The position numbers and the translations under genes are program-made. A DNA stretch of 64,000 bases from Bacillota bacterium (GTDB lineage Bacteria; Bacillota; Clostridia; Lachnospirales; Lachnospiraceae): positions 319,689-383,688 of the forward strand of contig JAEYLX010000075.1 of the NCBI GenBank assembly GCA_023407575.1, written 5' to 3'. The notes beneath the pieces were generated by a model, which ran no database searches, was not told the DNA's origin, and worked only from the letters and a program-made list of their open reading frames with translations. Of the stretch, positions 19,996 through 29,273 are shown in pieces (positions within the stretch are counted from its first letter, which is position 1; each line of letters begins with the position of its first letter).

Positions 19996-21087
19996 TTAAG
20001 TTATATATCCCTTAATAATAACATCCGTTCCTATGACCTCGTGCGATACTTTATTAAGCACAATGGCATCTCTCATGAATTCAATTCCTTTACCACCTAC
20101 AGGCGTTATAGCTGTTACTCCACCTACTATCTTTGGGGCAACCGCGGCATAAACTTTGTGTATACATCCACTTTCAAAAGCAGAAGCAAGGACACTGCTG
20201 CCCCCTTCAATATACACAGAATCTATCCCAAACGCACCAAGGGCACTCATAATTTCATTAAAATCTATATGTCCATTTCTTTCTTGTAACTTTATCAGGT
20301 CTATTCCTTTTTTAAGAAAATACCTTTCTTTTTCTTCAGAAATATTAACTGATGTTATTAATAATGTCTTTGTTTGATTGTCGACGTTTAATACCTTGGC
20401 ATCTTCTGGTAGATTACCATATTTACTTAAAATAACCCGAATAGGATTTGAAATCTTCCCTTTCGAAAGTCTTGTGGTCAATAGTGGGTCGTCTTTTCTA
20501 ACCGTGTTTTCTCCCACCATAATCGCACTAACTCTTTGTCTTAGATGATGAACAAATTCCAAACTGCCTTCCGAACTAATCCATTTGGAATCACCTGACC
20601 AGGTGGCTAGTTTGCCGTCTAAAGTCATTGCCCATTTCACAACAACAAACGGTTTTTTATTCTGTATATAATAACTATAGATCTCATTCAGCTCTTCACA
20701 AGCACTTGCCAGATCGCTGGAAACGACATCAACACCTACTGCCATTAAGTCACTGATAAAATCAGCTTTTTTATATGGATTGGGGTCTTTCATTCCTATA
20801 TAAACTCTAGTTATTCCGAGTTGCTTTATTCTATTTACTAGTTCATCACTACTGCTATGAAAGCGAAAAGGCTCAATTGTAAGATATAGTTCTGAACCAA
20901 GTATTGGCTCCTTAATCTGTTTTAATATCTCATCCTCAGCTGAATTGCTCCCATAATGCTTATAAAACCCTTTTGCAATAATCTTATTATCTTTTACAAG
21001 AACTGCACCGGATAAAGGGTCTGGATTAACAAAACCACTACCTTTCTTTGCTAATTCCATTGCCTTATTCATAAAATCTGTTTTCAT
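19996..21087 (-). CDS. ribD: RibD-like: intact reductase fused to deaminase domain lacking Zn ligands
   Basis: KWAMTLDGK, SKWIS, DDPLLTTR, IEGG intact; HAE changed to SAE, EPC to EPF, second Cys absent. Confidence 0.9.
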   Translation of the reverse strand: MKTDFMNKAMELAKKGSGFVNPDPLSGAVLVKDNKIIAKGFYKHYGSNSAEDEILKQIKEPILGSELYLTIEPFRFHSSSDELVNRIKQLGITRVYIGMKDPNPYKKADFISDLMAVGVDVVSSDLASACEELNEIYSYYIQNKKPFVVVKWAMTLDGKLATWSGDSKWISSEGSLEFVHHLRQRVSAIMVGENTVRKDDPLLTTRLSKGKISNPIRVILSKYGNLPEDAKVLNVDNQTKTLLITSVNISEEKERYFLKKGIDLIKLQERNGHIDFNEIMSALGAFGIDSVYIEGGSSVLASAFESGCIHKVYAAVAPKIVGGVTAITPVGGKGIEFMRDAIVLNKVSHEVIGTDVIIKGYIT

Positions 21088-21216
21088 TACTACCTCCTAA
21101 AGTAGTCTATTCGAAAACGAACCACATGTGAAAGCTTAATATATTCGTAAACTTTAAATAAACTTTCTTTCTATTATTTTTTGACAATTAATTCAATTAC
21201 ATTATTTATTCTATTT

Positions 21217-21245
21217 ATTATAGAACAACCTCTTTTAAAATGCAA
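21217..21245 (-). promoter_or_regulatory. Putative SigA promoter of ribD-ribBA
   Basis: TTGCAT-17bp-TATAAT. Confidence 0.6.
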
Positions 21246-21263
21246 ATATTGTCCATATAAAAT

Positions 21264-21279
21264 TTTGTATATATACAAA
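21264..21279. promoter_or_regulatory. 16-bp perfect palindrome, candidate operator
   Basis: TTTGTATATATACAAA about 19 bp upstream of the putative -35. Confidence 0.45.
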
Positions 21280-21384
21280 GAAAACCCACTGCTACATTCA
21301 ATAACAGTGGGCTTCCAGTAAGGATACTCCTTTATTAACTATTCAGGACTGCGTCCTTCATTTCCATAAATGCTTACAGATATA

Positions 21385-21579
21385 TTAAGATTTTAAGGAA
21401 AGATTGTTCTCCGCAAGTACCTGTTTTAATATTCCAAGTGCTTTTGGTCCGAATCCATGTAAAGCTAACAATTCCTTTTCACTATATTCGGATAATTGAT
21501 CCAAGGTCAAGATACCAGCATACTCTAAGGCACTCTGTGCAGGTCTTCCTATTTTAATTGTTGTAAGCTCCGGCTTCAT
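21385..21579 (-). CDS. Stand-alone RNA polymerase alpha-CTD-like helix-hairpin-helix protein
   Basis: RPAQSALEYAGI.TL.QL...SEKELLALHGFGPKAL pattern; GGAGG RBS. Confidence 0.8.
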   Translation of the reverse strand: MKPELTTIKIGRPAQSALEYAGILTLDQLSEYSEKELLALHGFGPKALGILKQVLAENNLSLKS

Positions 21580-21599
21580 GTTTGCCTCCAGATTAGATT

Positions 21600-24014
21600 C
21601 TATTTCACTACAATATTAAAGATTCTGCCAGGCACATAGATAATCTTAACAATTGTCTTATCCGCTAAAAGTGTCTTAATTGCAGGCAATTCAAGTGCTT
21701 TCGCTTCTACTTCTGGTTGTTTTTCATCCAAAGCAATAGAAAGGTTCGCCTTAACTTTACCGTTGATCTGAACCGCTATTTCCACGGTATCCTCAATGGT
21801 TTTTTGCTCATCATATGCAGGCCAGGTCTGCTGATATACTCTGCCTTCTTCACCAATAAACTGCCAAAGCTCTTCTGTCATATGAGGTGCTACCGGATTC
21901 AGCAGTAAAATTAAGGTTTTAAATTCTCCCTTAGTCACGGAACCCACTTTATAGAAGTCATTAACCAAGGACATCATTGCAGCAATTGCAGTATTGAATT
22001 TCATATTTTCAAAATCAAGACTTACTTTTTTCATTGTCTGATGCATTTTGGTCTCAAGTCCAGCACTGAAGCCTTCCTCCTGTGTAAGCATATCCTTCAG
22101 CTTCCATACTCTATCTAAGAAACGACGGCATCCCTTAACACCTTCATTGGACCAAGCTGCACTTAAATCAAAAGCACCAATGAACATCTCGTAAGCTCGA
22201 AGTGTATCTGCACCAAATTCATTAATAATATCATCCGGATTAACCACATTACCTCTGGATTTGGACATTTTCTCATTGTTCTCACCAAGAATCATACCAT
22301 GGGAGGTTCTCTTCTTATATGGCTCCGGTGTATTAACTAAGCCCTGATCATATAAGAACTTGTGCCAGAAACGGGAATATAAGAGGTGAAGTGTAGTATG
22401 TTCCATTCCACCATTATACCAGTCAACTGGCATCCAGTAATCCAGCTCTTCTTTACTTGCAAAGGCACTATTATTATGAGGATCAATGTATCTTAAGAAA
22501 TACCAGGAGGAACCTGCCCATTGAGGCATAGTATCTGTCTCTCTGTGTGCTTCTCCGCCACATACTGGACATCTGGTTTCTACCCAGTCAGACATGGCAG
22601 CAAGTGGAGATTCTCCATTATCCGTAGGTTCATAAGTTTCTACCTCTGGAAGCATTAATGGTAATTGACTTTCAGGAATTGGAACATAACCACAACTCTT
22701 ACAATGCACAATTGGAATTGGCTCACCCCAATATCTTTGACGGGAGAAAACCCAGTCTCTTAATTTAAAGTTAACCTTCTTTGCTCCAATTTCCTTTTCT
22801 ACCAACCAGGCAAGAATTTTATTCTTTGCCTCTGATACTTCTAGTCCATCTAAGAAATCAGAGTTTACTAATTTACCGGTGGAAGTATTCGTAAAAGCTG
22901 CCTCCTCAACATTTCCACCAGCTACAACTTCAACTATCGGTAAGTTGAACTTCTTAGCAAAATCCCAGTCACGTTCATCATGAGCAGGTACTGCCATAAT
23001 CGCACCGGTACCATAGGTCATGAGTACATAATCTGAAATCCAGATAGGGATGTTTTTCTGATTTACCGGATTAATTGCTGTGAGACCTGCAATCTGAACA
23101 CCAGTCTTCTCTTTCACAAGCTCTGTACGTTCAAAGTCAGATTTCTTGGATGCCAATTCACGGTATTCGATTAATTCCTCGTAGTTTGCAATCTCATCCT
23201 TGTATTTATCAATTAAAGGATGTTCCGGTGATATTACCATATAGGTTGCACCAAATAATGTATCCGGTCTGGTGGTAAAGATTCTAAGATTTTCATTCTT
23301 ACCATCAATCTTAAAATCAACCTCCGCCCCAACGGAACGACCGATCCAGTTTACCTGTGATACCTTGATTTTCTCAATATAATCCACCATATCCAGATCA
23401 TCAATTAATTTATCTGCATAATCAGTGATTTTCAGCATCCATTGACTCTTAACCTTACGAACAACTTCTTCTCCACAACGTTCACATACACCGCCAACAA
23501 CCTCTTCATTAGCAAGTCCAACCTTACAGGAGGTACACCAGTTAATTGGCATTTCTGATTTATATGCCAAACCTTTTTTAAACAATTGTAAGAAGATCCA
23601 CTGGGTCCACTTATAATAATTTGGATCGGTGGTATTCACTTCACGATCCCAATCAAAGGAATAGCCTAACGCCTTTAACTGATTGGTAAAATTCTCAATA
23701 TTATTCTTTGTAACAATCTTTGGATGAATATGATTTTTAATCGCATAATTCTCTGTTGGCAACCCGAAGGCATCCCAACCCATTGGATACAGAACATTAT
23801 ATCCTTCCAATCTTCTCTTTCTTGCAATAATATCCAACGCTGTATATGGTCTTGGATGTCCAACATGTAACCCCTGACCGGATGGATAAGGAAATTCAAC
23901 TAAGGCATAAAACTTAGGCTTAGATCTATCTGTACCTACCTTAAAGGCTTCTTCCTTCTCCCATATTTCCTGCCACTTCTTTTCAATCTGCCCAGGCATG
24001 TAATATTCACTCAT
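21600..24014 (-). CDS. leuS: Leucyl-tRNA synthetase
   Basis: FPYPSG-LHVGH, FTTRPDT editing domain, KMSKS; AGGAGG RBS before ATG 24014. Confidence 0.98.
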   Translation of the reverse strand: MSEYYMPGQIEKKWQEIWEKEEAFKVGTDRSKPKFYALVEFPYPSGQGLHVGHPRPYTALDIIARKRRLEGYNVLYPMGWDAFGLPTENYAIKNHIHPKIVTKNNIENFTNQLKALGYSFDWDREVNTTDPNYYKWTQWIFLQLFKKGLAYKSEMPINWCTSCKVGLANEEVVGGVCERCGEEVVRKVKSQWMLKITDYADKLIDDLDMVDYIEKIKVSQVNWIGRSVGAEVDFKIDGKNENLRIFTTRPDTLFGATYMVISPEHPLIDKYKDEIANYEELIEYRELASKKSDFERTELVKEKTGVQIAGLTAINPVNQKNIPIWISDYVLMTYGTGAIMAVPAHDERDWDFAKKFNLPIVEVVAGGNVEEAAFTNTSTGKLVNSDFLDGLEVSEAKNKILAWLVEKEIGAKKVNFKLRDWVFSRQRYWGEPIPIVHCKSCGYVPIPESQLPLMLPEVETYEPTDNGESPLAAMSDWVETRCPVCGGEAHRETDTMPQWAGSSWYFLRYIDPHNNSAFASKEELDYWMPVDWYNGGMEHTTLHLLYSRFWHKFLYDQGLVNTPEPYKKRTSHGMILGENNEKMSKSRGNVVNPDDIINEFGADTLRAYEMFIGAFDLSAAWSNEGVKGCRRFLDRVWKLKDMLTQEEGFSAGLETKMHQTMKKVSLDFENMKFNTAIAAMMSLVNDFYKVGSVTKGEFKTLILLLNPVAPHMTEELWQFIGEEGRVYQQTWPAYDEQKTIEDTVEIAVQINGKVKANLSIALDEKQPEVEAKALELPAIKTLLADKTIVKIIYVPGRIFNIVVK

Positions 24015-24084
24015 TTTAAAGCTCCTCCTTAATATCGTATCCTCGTATACCACAGAAAAAGTTTCTCATGCATTTCTACTTACA

Positions 24085-24345
24085 CAAAAAAAGAACCCAT
24101 CATCTCCCAAATCTAGAGACGAAGAGGTTCATCATAATGAACTGCTTTCCGCGGTACCACTCTAGTCCACAAAGCTTTACTGCTTCATGTACTCATGTAA
24201 TCTATAACGGGATCTCCCGCTCTGCCTACTAAACTTCAGTCAGAGTGCTCCAAGGCGAGTTCTAAGTTCTTATCTGCCACTTTCCACCACCAGTGACTCT
24301 CTGCAAGATAGGTTTCTTATACTACTCCTCTTCATAGCTGATACT
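24085..24345 (-). promoter_or_regulatory. T-box riboswitch (Leu specifier CUC)
   Basis: AGAGA and GGTGGAA stem I motifs, GAA-CTC specifier at 24257-24259, AGAGTGGTACCGCG T-box, terminator with T-run. Confidence 0.93.
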
Positions 24346-24629
24346 TTATTTAAATAATCTATAATATTCTATATTTTATCATTATTGTTCCATATGTCAA
24401 TGAAAATTATTATACAAAGTAAGAAACCCTAGAAAATAATGTTGTTTTACAGTCACTGAATAATAAAAGCCTCTCTATCACCCGAAAAACGGAACTCCTT
24501 TTTTGCAAAAATACGAGCTGACTAAAGCATTCCCATAAACCAGAAGAATCTTTCTGGCTTTCTGTCTGGCTTTTTATAGAAGCTATTGTCAGCTCTTTTA
24601 TTATTTTATTTTAAATTGCTGCTTATTTA

Positions 24630-26192
24630 TTATAATAGAATTTCCCCTGTTGCTATATTGCTCCCAAACAATTCGTCATGTTCTACGAACAGTAGGGTAG
24701 GCTGAAAGGTCAGAATTGCTTTCTCTAACTGCTCTCTGAAATAGACATCCATAAAGTTTAAAGGCTCATCCAGCAGCAGCAAATGGTTCGGGGAGGATAA
24801 CGCTCTGGCAATATCTATTTTCTTTAGTTCTCCACTGCTGAAGGTTTCCAAGGGCTTTTGCAATATATCATACCTTAAATCCAATCGGTGACAGATTTCC
24901 ATAAACCTGTTTTTCCTATCACCCTCCGAGATTAAGTCCCTAAGTAGTCCTTCCGTCCACAATGGTTCTTGAAATGCAGTTTCCATTACCAGTCCTCCCG
25001 CATAATGAACTTTAGTGCTTATAATTTTTCTTCCTATAATTTTAAGCAAAGTACTTTTCCCAGCACCGTTTCTGCCACGAATCCATATCCTTTCACCTTT
25101 ATGAATTGCGAAAGACAGCTTTTCAAATAATGGCTCATGTGTATATCCAAAGGATAAGTCATAGGCCGAAACAAGACAATCTGCTCCGTTCTCCTGCTGT
25201 TTTAGCATTAATTCAGGTGTTATTTCATAATTCTTCAGTAAATTCTTTTTATCCTTTAGATTATCCTGAATATTTTGCTCAGCTGTCTTTGCCTGCCTCA
25301 TAAACTTTGCAGCTCTGGTGCCATTGCCTCTGTTATGGGTTGCAAAAGGGTTTTTCTCTTTCTCCGCCATAGCTGCCCAGCTTCTGGTTCTTACTGATAC
25401 CTTTTCTAAGGCCTCAACTTCCCGCTCCAGCTTTGCCCTAGTACGAAACTCATATTCCTCCAGCATCTCTTTGTTCTTCTTCCAGGAAGAATAGTTTCCT
25501 TTTTCTATTGCAATGTCTGCTTTATTAATGGAAAGTACATGGTCCACTACCTGATCAATAAAGCTTCTATCATGGGAAACCACCAGAAACCCCTGTTTAT
25601 TTCGAAGATACTCAGCCAAAATCTGCTTTCCTTCAAGATCAAGATGATTCGTTGGTTCATCCAATAAAACAAATGCATTTTTTCTTAAAAACAAAGAAAT
25701 AATCTGCAGTTTTGTCTGTTCACCACCGGAGAGCAGTTCATAATCCTGTCCCAGCAGTCTTTCGGGAAGCTTCATCAAATTCATTTCTCTTTTAATATTG
25801 CTCTCTACCAAAAATCCATCCAGCTCCATATACTCTGATAGAATTCTCTGGTATTCGTCCATGTCATTCTCATTGGCAGAAAGGAGGTAATCCATTCTAT
25901 CCTCCATCGATTTCAAGCAGCCAATGCTTTCTTTCATCACATCCAATGCATTCTTATACTCTGTTTTTAGGGCATACGGAAACAGTTCCATGACAACATC
26001 CTTTATTATCCTCCCCTGATCCGGCTCCAACTCCCCCTGCAGCAATCGGAGAAAGGTTGTTTTCCCTCTTCCGTTGCGACCAATCAGTCCTAATTTCCAA
26101 TCAGTATCAAAGGACAGGTTGACCTTGTTAAAAATTGACTGGTAATATTCTTTATAAGTAAAACATAAATCATTTATTATAATTCTCGACAT
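24630..26192 (-). CDS. ABC-F ribosomal protection protein, Lsa-like
   Basis: DTDWKLGLIGRNGRGKTT, two NBDs (LSGGE, FSSGE), no TM. Confidence 0.85.
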   Translation of the reverse strand: MSRIIINDLCFTYKEYYQSIFNKVNLSFDTDWKLGLIGRNGRGKTTFLRLLQGELEPDQGRIIKDVVMELFPYALKTEYKNALDVMKESIGCLKSMEDRMDYLLSANENDMDEYQRILSEYMELDGFLVESNIKREMNLMKLPERLLGQDYELLSGGEQTKLQIISLFLRKNAFVLLDEPTNHLDLEGKQILAEYLRNKQGFLVVSHDRSFIDQVVDHVLSINKADIAIEKGNYSSWKKNKEMLEEYEFRTRAKLEREVEALEKVSVRTRSWAAMAEKEKNPFATHNRGNGTRAAKFMRQAKTAEQNIQDNLKDKKNLLKNYEITPELMLKQQENGADCLVSAYDLSFGYTHEPLFEKLSFAIHKGERIWIRGRNGAGKSTLLKIIGRKIISTKVHYAGGLVMETAFQEPLWTEGLLRDLISEGDRKNRFMEICHRLDLRYDILQKPLETFSSGELKKIDIARALSSPNHLLLLDEPLNFMDVYFREQLEKAILTFQPTLLFVEHDELFGSNIATGEILL

Positions 26193-26251
26193 AGATAGCC
26201 TCCTTGTATTTCTTACCTGACGGCCATTATGGCGACGAAATCGCCACTATG

Positions 26252-26317
26252 CTATGCCAGGTAATATGACCTGTTAACAGTTGCTGTGTGGGTTATTCTT
26301 AATTTAATAAACATCAT
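26252..26317 (-). CDS. Leader peptide 2 of ABC-F (MMFIKLRITHTATVNRSYYLA)
   Basis: AAAGGAGG RBS; KLR motif; 3' end pairs with sequence just before the ABC-F RBS. Confidence 0.75.
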   Translation of the reverse strand: MMFIKLRITHTATVNRSYYLA

Positions 26318-26480
26318 CTGAAAGCCTCCTTTCGCTAACCTAAGGTAATACCTTGTTTTTGGGCATAAAAATACCCATCTTTTAACATTTGTTACAAAAG
26401 CCTACGCTCCTGTAACAAACAATAAAATACGCTAATAAACCCTGATACAAGTCAGAGTCAGCTACCTTTAGGGTAGTTTC

Positions 26481-26522
26481 TTAGCGCATTTTATTGTTGT
26501 TAAAAAATAGGTTAATCAACAT
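26481..26522 (-). CDS. Leader peptide 1 of ABC-F (MLINLFFNNNKMR)
   Basis: GAGGT RBS; KMR motif; coding sequence complementary to downstream leader. Confidence 0.6.
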   Translation of the reverse strand: MLINLFFNNNKMR

Positions 26523-26560
26523 ACTGTATTACAACCTCAGTCTTTCTCAAAATCAACTTT

Positions 26561-26589
26561 ATTGTATTACAGATGTTACACAAAGTCAA
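26561..26589 (-). promoter_or_regulatory. SigA promoter of ABC-F leader
   Basis: TTGACT-17bp-TACAAT. Confidence 0.7.
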
Positions 26590-26744
26590 CCGTGCTTTAT
26601 TTTGGAAATTGTAAATCTTTTAAGTATAAAACAGAAGGGACTGTAAATCAGATGTTACATTATGAGAAGTCCTGATTCTAGCATCCTCTCCTATTTTATC
26701 TAACTAATGCTTAATTCTATTCCTATATTAACAATATTACAAAT

Positions 26745-29273
26745 TTACGCAGATTCCTCAATTACTTTAATTACTCCACTTTCTACCAACTCAACAAAGA
26801 TTGGAACTAATTTCGGATCAAACTGAAAGCCTGCCTGTTCTTTTAAAATACGTAAAGATGTGCTTACAGAGAACGCTTCTTTATAAGGTCGTTCTGAAAT
26901 CATCGCATCAAAGGAATCTGCTATACATAGGATTCTTGCAGAAATAGGAATATCTTCTCTAGCAATTCTTCTGGGATAACCCTTACCATCATAACGCTCA
27001 TGATGCCCAATTACCGCAGGAATAACATAATCCAGAGATGGTAAATGTCTGATAATACCGATAGAACTTTCTACATGCCCTTTTACAACCTCATACTCCT
27101 CATCGGTTAATTTACCCGGTTTATTTAAGATTTGCTCCGGAATACCAATCTTGCCGATATCGTGTAAAAGTGCTGCTTCACGCACTATTTCCACATGATC
27201 TTCATTCATACCATAGGCATATGCCAGTTCAGTTGCATAATAGGCAACATTTCTGGAGTGGTCAAAGGTGTAATGATCCTTTGTATCAATGGCAGCAGTT
27301 AAGGCGTATATTGTGGAAGCATATTCGGAATAGATTCGTTCCTTTCGGTCAATAAAATCCATTACCTTTCGTTCTGCTTTTTGCTCTCTGCCGGTATATA
27401 GCATTATCGCATTCTTTCCACTGTGCTTCACGGTATAAATTGCCATATCAGCATTGTTGATTAACTGTTTCACATCACTTGCGGCATATGGTATGGAACA
27501 GATACCACCACTAACCGTTAACATCTTTAATGCATAATCAGATTCCCGTTTGTTCATATTCATAATTTGTTTACGAATAATCTCAGCTAAATTCTTTGCC
27601 GAGAACATATCATAGGCAGGCAGAATAATTGCAAACTCTTTTCCACTATACCGGGCAACCTGTCCATTCGTTCCAACACTAACTCGAATAATATCAGCAA
27701 TGTTTTGCAGTGCAATATCACCTTCCTTATTGCCGTATAACTGATTATAAAGTTTAAAGTCATCAATATTAAGGATAATCAGTGCTAAGGAACCCTCTAT
27801 GTTTTTCTCATATTCCTGCTGAATTACTTCATAGAAATATTTACGGTTTAAAAGCCCGGTTAACTCATCCGTTCTAGCCTCCAAATATGCCTTTTCAAAC
27901 AATTTAGAATTTTTAACCGCGATAGACCCAATGGAATTAATGGAATCCAAAAAACTGATATCCTTAAAGGTAAATCCAGCTTTTTTCTCTTTTTCGGATA
28001 AGAAAATCACACCGATCATACCGCTGTCATCTCTTAAAGGAACCATACAACCAATATTTAAATCATGAAGCTGATGTTTCTCTTTTTCCCACATTGACTT
28101 ATAATCAATTGTTCTCTTAAAATCTTTCATCAGCAAGCATCCATTGCTTTGCTTTAACTGCACAATTAATGGATTATCCACAGTTAAAGAAAACTTACTC
28201 TGTTCTAAAGGGCTGGTGCTATGTACAATTTCATAACTGGCATTGTTTTTATCACTAATACAGATATATACTGTTTTTATATCAATTGCCTTCTGTATCA
28301 CCTCCGCCAGCTCCTGTAATATCTCATTCACGTTCAGACTTCTCGATATGTTTAAACTAAACTCCCTTAAACTTTCCGCCTGCATTACCTCATCTCGGAT
28401 GAAGAAGGTATCGATAACCCGCTTCATCATGTAATAAATGAGTGTTGTGGCAATTGTAAAAATGGAGGCAATTACAAGTGTTGTATTTTCGTTTGAAATA
28501 TAAAAATTGTTATTAATTGCTTCCTCCAATGGCTTTATCATATTAATGAATAAGAAAAAGGATATCCCTGCTGAGATTACATAGCAACTGCCTCTAGATA
28601 CAATTAATCTTAAGTGAAAGATATTTTTCCGATAAAGGGCATAGAAGATAAAAAATGCGTTTAGAATACCTGCTGCAATATCAGTTGGAAACCCTTGAAA
28701 TATTGGTACAAGAAGCAATAAGTGACCCGTATAAAGACATACAATACCCAAAACAATTGGCATAAACTGCTTCCTGGCTAAGGAATTCTGCTGGCTGCTT
28801 TTAAATAGAATTACTATCATGTGTAGAATGATAGCCATACAAAGAAGAAACACCAGGCTAATTCTCCAGGAAAATTGATACACAAAAACAATTGATTGGT
28901 CAGCGCTTACTATCCTGCTTCTCGGTGCTTCGAGAAAAAAACCATTCCATACATTAAGACAATTGATACTCAAAACAGATACTAACCAGATCAACCTTTC
29001 CTTTGTATATCTTTGCTCAACGAACTCGCAAGCAAAGGTTAAAAAAGAAAATGGCAGCATCGTTAATCCAAGGAATGAAATATCATACCAGAACTTTGTA
29101 GAGGGCAAAACTTGCATTCTCATACAGAAAGAACCGCCTGTCCAAATGATAAGTACGGATAGCACCAACAAAAATGCATTAATCATCCGATTCTTTTTTG
29201 CTGCCAAAAAAGTTAATAGAATAAAGCAATAGCAAAGTAGGGCAATTACTGGTATATTTGCATAGTTTCCCAT
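26745..29273 (-). CDS. 7TM receptor-GAF-degenerate GGDEF-HD-GYP phosphodiesterase
   Basis: Multi-TM N-terminus (HisKA_7TM-like), GAF, SGKEF in place of GGDEF, HDIGK and HHERYDGKGYP. Confidence 0.88.
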   Translation of the reverse strand: MGNYANIPVIALLCYCFILLTFLAAKKNRMINAFLLVLSVLIIWTGGSFCMRMQVLPSTKFWYDISFLGLTMLPFSFLTFACEFVEQRYTKERLIWLVSVLSINCLNVWNGFFLEAPRSRIVSADQSIVFVYQFSWRISLVFLLCMAIILHMIVILFKSSQQNSLARKQFMPIVLGIVCLYTGHLLLLVPIFQGFPTDIAAGILNAFFIFYALYRKNIFHLRLIVSRGSCYVISAGISFFLFINMIKPLEEAINNNFYISNENTTLVIASIFTIATTLIYYMMKRVIDTFFIRDEVMQAESLREFSLNISRSLNVNEILQELAEVIQKAIDIKTVYICISDKNNASYEIVHSTSPLEQSKFSLTVDNPLIVQLKQSNGCLLMKDFKRTIDYKSMWEKEKHQLHDLNIGCMVPLRDDSGMIGVIFLSEKEKKAGFTFKDISFLDSINSIGSIAVKNSKLFEKAYLEARTDELTGLLNRKYFYEVIQQEYEKNIEGSLALIILNIDDFKLYNQLYGNKEGDIALQNIADIIRVSVGTNGQVARYSGKEFAIILPAYDMFSAKNLAEIIRKQIMNMNKRESDYALKMLTVSGGICSIPYAASDVKQLINNADMAIYTVKHSGKNAIMLYTGREQKAERKVMDFIDRKERIYSEYASTIYALTAAIDTKDHYTFDHSRNVAYYATELAYAYGMNEDHVEIVREAALLHDIGKIGIPEQILNKPGKLTDEEYEVVKGHVESSIGIIRHLPSLDYVIPAVIGHHERYDGKGYPRRIAREDIPISARILCIADSFDAMISERPYKEAFSVSTSLRILKEQAGFQFDPKLVPIFVELVESGVIKVIEESA

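Noticed and set aside
21088..21384. FMN riboswitch before ribD
   Set aside because: No GGGCGGGGTGAAA/CCGAC-type motifs; leader is AT-rich
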